NCBI GenBank assembly: GCA_951406725.2
Contig: OX597821.1
Span: forward strand, 58,280,001 to 58,344,000
Source of the DNA: Octopus vulgaris
Taxonomy: Eukaryota
Direction: 5' to 3'
Length of the DNA: 64,000 nucleotides
Shown: in pieces, positions 55,455-64,000 of the stretch
Layout: every line of letters begins with the position of its first letter
Position numbering within the stretch: the first letter of the stretch is position 1
Translations under genes and position numbers: made by a program
The notes under the pieces: generated by a model
Databases searched by the model: none
What the model was told of the DNA's origin: nothing
Seen by the model: only the letters and a program-made list of their open reading frames with translations

Positions 55455-55959
55455 TTAAAGGAATTTTAAAACAAGTTCTCATTGAGAATATTTAGGCCTC
55501 CCTTGATCAGTTCAGGTCTTGCAGATACTTCAGCTAGCTTGTGACAGCAATTCTTTCACTATCTGCTCCATGTGGTCGGCCTCAATTAGTCAGCATTCTG
55601 GGGGAATGATATTTGAGTGGATGCATTTACTAGGTGGAGAGATGACAGATTTAGAGGTGTTGGGTTACATATTAGTTTGTCTGTCAAGTATAACCATGTG
55701 GTACATAAATAGGCTTTTGATAGTAGGCCACAGTGATAACATAATGAATGGGAGATAATTGCATGGTAGGTAACAGGGATAATATATCTTGCAATGGTGT
55801 GTGTGTCATCTAGAGCTAGGATGATATTTCTGGGCTATCGGCAGAGACAGTACAAAATTCACTGACAGGGTACATATTCCAGTGACAACAATAGGATAGA
55901 TCAGTTTTCCTATTGATGGATACTGCAGGGTGTTTGAGTATATGTAATTTCTCACAGCA

Positions 55960-56170
55960 TCTGTGTTGGCAATTATAATCTCTGAGTAAGGAGGGACTCT
56001 GTCAAGGTTGTTCCACATAAAATTGAGGAAGTTGGTTTTCTTTTCACTCTTCAGTTTCCAGATGAAGCAATATAGGAAGGTGAAGTTTCCCCAGTCCTTA
56101 CATCTGAAAACATGCATACATAGTGTAAACCTTGCCTTGAAATCAATAGCTGTTATGCCCATGTTTTGTC
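55960..56170 (-). mobile_element. Second decayed Penelope-like GIY-YIG remnant
   Basis: MGIT..DFKARF...HVFR....T.L..FIWKLK....F.W..LDR.PPY follows the YIG.T...FK.R..H..F..T.LS..IW.LK..W.I...PY pattern. Confidence 0.55.
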
Positions 56171-57753
56171 ATGTAATTCTATTAGATGGGGTGAGAAAAG
56201 CAAGATCTTCACTGTAGGAAGTTGATGAGATTTCTGAGGTTACAAGTTTGGTTGTAGGGTGAAGACTGTGTAGTTGCTTATTTGTCTCTGTTGTAAAGTA
56301 CAATGTTGGAAACAACACTGTCTAACATTGACTACATGAGAGTTAAAGAGTTTATGATATCTCTGGGTTCTTAGAAAAACTGTCTATTCATCACCAAGTA
56401 GCTTCCAGCTACTGTAATTACTTAGAAATTATAAGTGTTTGTGATAGAAAGAATATCCAACTATAGAAAATCTTTCTCAACAAGTAAGTTTTGTCTAACC
56501 CATACCAACATTAAAAAATGGATATAAAAACATTGTTGATCATGATGCACATTTATACTTATGTATATATCTATGTATGTACATATGTATGTAAGTGTGT
56601 ATGTATGTGTCCATGAACATTTACATACATACACACAAATAGAAACACCTAAAAACCATCATTCCAATATCACATAATAAACATACAAAAATCCATAATT
56701 AGTTTAACAGACAACCTAAATAAGCCATGCTAAACTCGCCAACCTCAATCCTGACCAAAACAAAATTCCATACATATTAACCAAAACTAGTCAACCATAA
56801 CTTACACACATGAATAAGCTCAGTACAAAAGATAAAAACACAACCTCTGGCCACAAAACATGCAGACACAACCAAAGGCTTATGATACTATAACACACAA
56901 GCACCAAACAAACAAAAATCTGTCATTAGTTTCACACACAATCTCAAGAAGCAACATCAGTCACAATTGTCCACCAAGAACTTTCCATTCCTTGGTTAAA
57001 CAAAATTCCAATCAGAATATCAAAAGCCAATGAACCATGAAATATCACTTACAATATAAGAAACAACCTCAGAAGTATGGCCTTAATTAGTTTTGTTGTA
57101 TCTCGAGGTCATTAGACCAATAATGAACACACCCACTGGTTGTATTTCACTTCTTTTATTATCATTAGTCAATTGATAAACCATTCAACCAATTAACTAT
57201 TCAATTACTTGATTAATCATTTGGGCAATCAATCAATGAATCAATCAGCTAGGTTTATCAAAGTTCTCTCATTAATATTTACAACCTCATCAATGACATA
57301 CCTTCTCTACCTTAAGATCCACTTCAATTAGTTAATTGGCTAAATTGTTAACCAGTTGACTAATAATAATAAAAGAAGTGAAACAGAACCAGTGTATGTG
57401 TTTATTATTGGCATAATGACACTCATGAGATGCAGCAAGATATATTTCAACACACAAGTTCACATCAAAAATCTTGCAATTAATTTTACAGCTAAATTCA
57501 CTCAAAAGCAGATAAACCATCAAAATCCCCCAATCCAAAACAAAATTATTACCAACAAAAGCCATCCAACCATAATATTGATACTTACAAATAGGACACA
57601 AATCTGACCAAAAAACATGAAAAAAAAAATCATGAACAAGACAGGTACAAACAACCAGAAATAGATTAACAGATGCCTTTTGTCCGTTATCTTTTACTTG
57701 TTTCAGTCATTGGTCTGTTGCCCAGCTGCAGCACTGCCTTGGAAGATTTAGTT

Positions 57754-58059
57754 CAGTGGTTCCCAACCTTTTTCAGGCTGCCATCCCTTTGGCACTGGAG
57801 CCACATTCCTAGCGTCCTCTCCCCCACCACCACCACCACCACTCAGCACCACAAATGTAGACCACTTTCTGCAGCAAATTCAAAATAGCCTAATTAACCC
57901 ATTAAACTATTACAATTTTTCAGGGGCAGTGGTGGTGGGGGTACATCCATCGCCCCCTTTTGGCCATGCTATTATTGCCCCACTTTTCTTCAATGCCACT
58001 CTTGAACTTTCCACCGCCAATGGGATGGGGGGCAGTACCACCCACTTTGGGAACCACTG
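57754..58059. mobile_element. hAT-type MITE
   Basis: 13-bp TIR CAGTGGTTCCCAA/TTGGGAACCACTG; 8-bp target duplication atttagtt/gtttagtt. Confidence 0.85.
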
Positions 58060-59563
58060 GTTTAGTTGAACAAAGCAACCGCACAACTATTTTGATTTCT
58101 TTTAAAGTCTTATGCTTATTTATATGAATATTTTGCTGAGCTACTTTGCAAGGACTTGTTGAGACAAGTGAAATCGAAATCAAATTCGATGACTAGCATC
58201 CGTGCTAGTGGAGCACTAAAAGCACCATCCAAGCGTGATCATTGCCAGAGCAGCTAACTGGCTTCCGTGCCAGTGGCACATAAAAAGCACCATTCAAGCT
58301 TGATCATTACCAGCATTGCCTTACTGGCATTTGTGCCGGTGGCACGTGAAAAATCATTCGAGCGAGGTCGTTGCCAGTACCGCTGGACTGGCTCCTGTGC
58401 AGGTGGCACGTAAAAAACACCATTTGAGCATGGCTGTTGCCAGTACTGCCTGACTGGCCCTCGTGCCAGTGGCATGTAAAAGCACCCACTACACTCTTGG
58501 AGTGGTTGGCATTAGGAAGGGCATCCAGCTGTAGAAACTCTGCCAGATCAGATTGGAGCCTGGTGCAGCTATCTGGTTCACTAGTCCTCAGTCAAATCAT
58601 CCAATCCATGCTAGCATGGAAAGCAGACGTTAAACGATGATGATGATGATGATAAACAAATTAACACTGGTTATCTGGTGATTGGGGAGACAAACACGTA
58701 TGCACACAAACACACAAAGACACAGACATACACACATGCAATAGGCTCCTTTTTAGTTTTTATCTACAAAATTCACTCACAAGGAAATTGATCAGCCCAA
58801 GGTTATAGTAGAAAACACTTGCCCAAGGTGCCATGCAATGGGACTGAACCCATGTAATTTACCAAATGATTGAAAAGAGCTTCTTAACCGCAGTCATGAT
58901 TGAGCCTATATATTCAATAAATATACAAATAGTAAAAAAAAAATTAAAAACCCAGTATTCTTCAAAAATATACAAGAAAAATGAATAATCACAACACCAA
59001 AAAAAATAACTAAGTATGAGTTACTTAAATAAACGCTGACCATCAGACACAAAAAGCAAACCAACAAACAGATACAAGCAAGACATCACACCAACCTTAA
59101 CAGACAAACAGACAAATGGATACACAAACAGACAGACAGACATACCACCAAACAAACTTTCGACAGATCCCATCTTCAGATTGTGGTTGCATGAAACTCG
59201 AGTCACAAGCTTCAATAAACTACATATATACAAGGTACGAGAGATATTTGAAGAAGTTAGTTTCTGAGTTAGTTTTTGTACCTGTTGAAGAGGAATTATG
59301 CAAAATCTCATGTGTCTTACAATGTAATAACATTACTCACAGCCCAAAATAAAATGCGTTTTTACACAAGTTTTGGTGAAGAATTTTTTTTTTCTGTGGC
59401 TATTCCTGCAGTGATAGGTCTTATCATGTCCAACTACAATCATTTCTATTCAAAGCTGCTTCATGCAATTTTAATTATTTAATTCCAGCTTCACCAGTCC
59501 TATTTGCACACCTGCAAATATTCTGTCTGCTATTTTCATAAATATAACTCTATACTTACGAGG

Positions 59564-59624
<61 letters not shown>

Positions 59625-59656
59625 CGTGTGTGTGTATGTGTATGTTGGTGTATTTA

Positions 59657-59694
<38 letters not shown>

Positions 59695-60279
59695 CACATG
59701 TACATATGTATACACATATACATGCATACATATATATACATAGATGTGTGTGTGTATATACACACACATATCCTTTCAAAGTCAGACCAAATTTGGTGAA
59801 ACTAATATAATTCATTTTGCTATTTACTTATTAATATATTCATGAATCATTATTACAAAAGAATCAGAAAATACAAAATGTTTAAATGAGAAACCACAAA
59901 CATGCACTTTTAACTAACAAGCCATGCTCCCACCCCAACACCGCTTTTCATCCACAATGTGTCATGTCCCTTGGCAACTAGGTTCTGTAACACCATGGTA
60001 ACAGTCTCATTCTTGAACTACTTCAATGATGTACCTCCTACCTACAAATCCCTCTCTCTCTCTCTCTCTCTCCCTTACAAGGTGTGCTCTTCTTTTTCTC
60101 TTAGGTTCACTGGTGAAACAGTATCTGATCTCCATTGCCCTCTACTTGACAAACACACCTGGTCACTCTGTTATGCTTTTGGAGCAACCATCTCCACAGC
60201 TAATTAGGTCACCTAGATTAGAGAATCGATCAAGTATATCCTTGAAACTTTCCATTCATTTCAAAGTATTTCATATATC

Positions 60280-60880
60280 ATCTCACTGCTTATTCAATAA
60301 AGATTCTAACCACTCACTTAACATCTCGCACAATTTGGTCTCCAATATTAGTAGATGTATATCAGTATTTTCTGCAGATGAAACCACCTTTAGAAGAGCA
60401 TCTCAGTACTACAACAAAATAGTAATTATAATGAAGAGATACAATTCATTCTGTAAATTAATGCTCCAAATCATCAGAGTAGAAAATGAGGAATTTTATA
60501 CTCTAACTCTCTCTTCAACTTAACTGTAAAAATTAACATAGTGAATACATTCTATAAGCTCATTTTGCCATAGATACTGTAACATCTTCAACAAGGTTAT
60601 TGAAATTAGCTATTCAGAGGTGTCAATGCTAAAAGTCTTACTAACAACCAGAACTCAAATCTTGCACCTAACTTGCAACCATAATCATCCTGATAACTGT
60701 CTACTTAATGGTAACTGCTAGGTGATGTTTGTGATTTACAGCACAAAAGTGCACTTGAAAGACTAACACGGACTAACTTGTGGTAGCTTCAAAACATGAA
60801 TCTACCAGCATAGATATTCTTTTGCTAACCCTGAAAGACACTTTGTAACTTCTTTATCAATCTATAGGTAGCAACTATCC
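60280..60880 (+). mobile_element. Decayed Penelope-like element (RT thumb and GIY-YIG endonuclease remnant)
   Basis: NKDSNH..NLVSNISRCISVFSADETTF....YYNK, then NIFNKVIEISYS, then CN....NCLLNGNC*..VIY..*HGLT..FKT*IYQHRYSF...TSLSIY.*QL. Stops fall at positions expected to be Y, R and W. Confidence 0.75.
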
Positions 60881-61355
60881 TAGAAACAGTCATAAAGGAC
60901 TAACGAAACAATAACAAGTTTTTCATCAGAGACGTCGTGGATTTTACTTACCAATCTAAGTAAAATCAATACTAGAGACTTCTTTCTACTTCATTCTGGA
61001 GAAACTGTCTACACTTAGATCATTATGGACTTTCACCTTTAGGATCTTTCCTAGTTTCCTGCTATATATTTTCATATTTATTATGTATAAGGATCAAAGG
61101 TTCTTCTAAACCAAAGGCTCATAAGGCTGGTTTCCCAGATTCTGTGGTATATATATATATCCACCTCCACCCTGGATGGGATGCCAGTTCATTACAGGAT
61201 TACTCATTTTTGCCAGTTAAATGGACTGGAGCATTATGAAATGAAGTGTCTTGCTCAAGGACACAAAACACTGCTCAGTCCAAGAATTGAAACTACGATC
61301 TTATGATCATGAATACAACACATGAATCACTAAGCCAAACATCTCCACTATACAA

Positions 61356-61386
<31 letters not shown>

Positions 61387-61401
61387 AAAGTGTGTATATA
61401 T

Positions 61402-62263
61402 AGGGTGCAATGGGTAAATTGTCACCATTTTATATTTTTTATTGCATGCATGTACGTTATTTTAGATTTTGTCAACTACACAGTATAGTAGGGTCAGGTG
61501 GGTACCATCTGTGAGAAAAACAGCACCATGATGCAATTCACTCTACCAGAAATTTGGAAACAACATGCTATACTGCTTGGCATTCGCACCGGAAGCTCCA
61601 ATATGAACATTTCAGAGTATTTGAGTATCAATCTGAGGACAGTGCAATCTGAGGGCATGTACTGAGAGTGATAAAAAATTAAATATCCAGTCAACATCAT
61701 GGTGTTTGGAGTGATCCCTAGTAATGGTGACGTTATGCCTCCATACATCTTTCCATGCAGCCTCAGAATCAACACAGAGGCCTACATAAAGTGCGTGGAG
61801 GGGTAGTGCTGCCTTGGGTCAAGAGGGCAGCTGCTGGAAGATCCTATGTCTGGTAACAGGACTCTGCACCATGCCACACAAGCAGGGGAACCCAGTCATG
61901 GCTGTCAGACAATTTCTGCAACCACATCACCCCTAATGTCTGACCACCTAATTCCCCAGTCTACAACCCCCTTGATTAATGTGTGTGAGGCACAGTTGAG
62001 CGAGAGACCAACAAAACTCCTTGTAACACCAAAGATGAACTGAAGGCAAGGATTATGGCAGCATTCACCAACTTAAACAAGGAGATCATCCAGAAGAGTT
62101 GTAGGAGATTCCAGAGTTGTCTGGAGGCCATGGTTGAAGCCAATAGTGATTTTATTGAATAAATTTACTCTTTAGTATTTCAAGATATTTTTATGTAATT
62201 TTGGTAAACATATTTCTTAAAATGAGATGTCAGTGTTAGACAACAATATATTCACCACACCCT
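61402..62263 (+). mobile_element. Internally deleted Tc1/mariner-superfamily transposon relic
   Basis: Termini AGGGTG...CACCCT. Decayed transposase at 61681-62162: PVNIMVFGVI.S.GDVMPP.IF, QDSAPCHT, PPNSP..NPLD, LKARI..RFQSCLEAMVEANSDFIE*. Confidence 0.8.
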
Positions 62264-62539
62264 CTGTGTGTGTGTGTGTGTGTGTATACATATATATATA
62301 TATTTACAACGTCCATTTTTCCATGATTGCATGGAGGTTGACATGATTCTGTTGAAGCAGGTTTTCTACAGCTGAATGCCCTTCCTGTTGCCAACCTTCA
62401 CCTGTTTCCAAATTAGGGTAATATTTACTAATGGATGAACATGTTTTCAGGGAAGAATGGAAACAAGGGACACCACTTCTATGATGGTAATACTCATATA
62501 CAAGTATCATATATGATAGCAAGGCAAGAAAACAGCAAT

Positions 62540-62583
<44 letters not shown>

Positions 62584-63140
62584 CAGACTTCTTCCATTTT
62601 CCATCTAACCAAATCCACTCACAAGGCTTTGGTCAGCCTGGAGGTATAGTAGAAGATGCTTGCCCAAGGTGTCATGTAGAGGGACTAAACCCAAAACCAT
62701 GTGGTTTACAAACAAATTTCTAACTGCATAGCCATATATATGCACATCAGGGCGGGGAGGGGGGAGATGCTGTTGGTGAAGAAGTGAGAGACAAAAGAAC
62801 AAAAATGACAAAAAGATAGAATGCAAAAGAGTAACTTATTTTTGCATTTCAGTGAGAGGGCCAAGAAGGTGACAGAGGTTGTATACACATGACCTTACAT
62901 GAATACTAAGCTAAGGGAAGAAAAAATAAAAATAACAATAATAACACAGAAAATATGTCATGCTCCACTTTACAGAGCATAATATATGTGCACATGTATG
63001 TGTGTGTGAGTATGAGTGTGTGTGTGTGTGTGTGTGTGTGTCTATATGATGGTTTTTGGTAAGCAGTGTTGATATTTTACAATTCTGTAAATGACAATAA
63101 TATTTATAAGCTTAAAGCTTAAAAGCAACCACCATGTAAT

Positions 63141-63300
63141 GACTAAAGAAAATAGTCCAATATTGGGGCATATAAGCCCTCGATGGTAACACACTTGTCA
63201 CAAAAGCAAACAGCTGAATTCGAATGCCATGTGCACAAAATCCACTATTTTTTTCCATCAAGGGCTTATATGCCTCAATATTAGACTATTTTCTTTAGTC
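63141..63300. mobile_element. 160-bp fold-back element (46-bp arms, 3 mismatches)
   Basis: 63141-63186 is the reverse complement of 63255-63300 at 43 of 46 positions. Confidence 0.8.
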
Positions 63301-63399
63301 GCCCTTCCTAACGCTAACCACTGCGTGCTTTTTCTATGGCATTAGCACTAGTTTAGTATGATTGCTAAGTCACTCACAAGACTAGTGAGGCCACCATGT

Positions 63400-63640
63400 A
63401 GCTTCATCATTCAAGCACACCAACATTACCACATGCAGCAGAACATGCAGCTCCCTCTTTCCAGACTTCAAAAATCCTCCCCATTCAAGGCTCATATGCT
63501 ACCATGTAGCATTGCACTTCATACACATGCATCATACAACCTATTCTTCACTCTGCAAAAGAAATTGCTTGTCAGATTTTTCCCCTCTATTCTTACTCTG
63601 GTGATTATGTTTTCAGAACACCCACTTCTACTGGTTATTA
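63400..63640 (-). mobile_element. Old diverged RTE LINE ORF fragment
   Basis: catgtagcattgcacttcatacacatgcatcatacaacct aligns to 10901-10945. Confidence 0.65.
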
Positions 63641-64000
63641 GTCATTATCATCACCACTTAACATCTGTTTTCCATGCTAGCATGGGTTGGACAGTTTGAC
63701 TCACCAGGTTTCATTGTCTGTTTGGCATGGTTTCTATTGCTGGATGCCCTTCCTAATTAATGCCAAGCATTCCATAGAGTGCACGGGGTACTTTTAACAC
63801 AGCACCAGCACATAGCACCAGCACCAGTACCAATTCTGCTGCAGTGGACAGGTCTTCTTCAGTACATAAATGCTCCAGATATCTCAGTGCTTAGTACTTC
63901 ATCTAAGTAATCAAAGCTATCAGCTACTTCTAAGAAACAGTCTGGGCATTTGAAAGAATATATTTTATATGGAACCTAATTGATAACTACTCCGATACAT

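Overview
AT-rich, microsatellite- and retroposon-dense animal genomic DNA; the SINE, RTE and mariner families resemble those of Octopus (inference). One host gene is supported: a minus-strand C2H2 zinc-finger transcription factor of the ZNF710/ZNF366 family. Four GT-AG coding exons (49939-53545, 27477-27711, 21843-21944, 19048-20300) splice in frame into about 1723 aa with a Q-rich N-terminus (53-Gln tract), 11 fingers and an acidic tail. The rest is intron or flank filled with tRNA-derived SINEs with interchangeable tails, truncated LINEs (CR1-type, RTE, R4/Dong), Penelope-like remnants, MITEs, a mariner relic, a 2.7-kb 20-bp minisatellite and long (TA)n/(CA)n/(GATA)n tracts. Almost all other listed ORFs are repeat artefacts. 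The most interesting signals are RNA-structural: decayed minimal hammerhead motifs (two inside inverted-repeat-bounded elements), SINE/LINE 3' hairpins with compensatory base changes, and a symmetric exon whose skipping would create a stop codon. All comparisons were made by eye; repeat boundaries are approximate.
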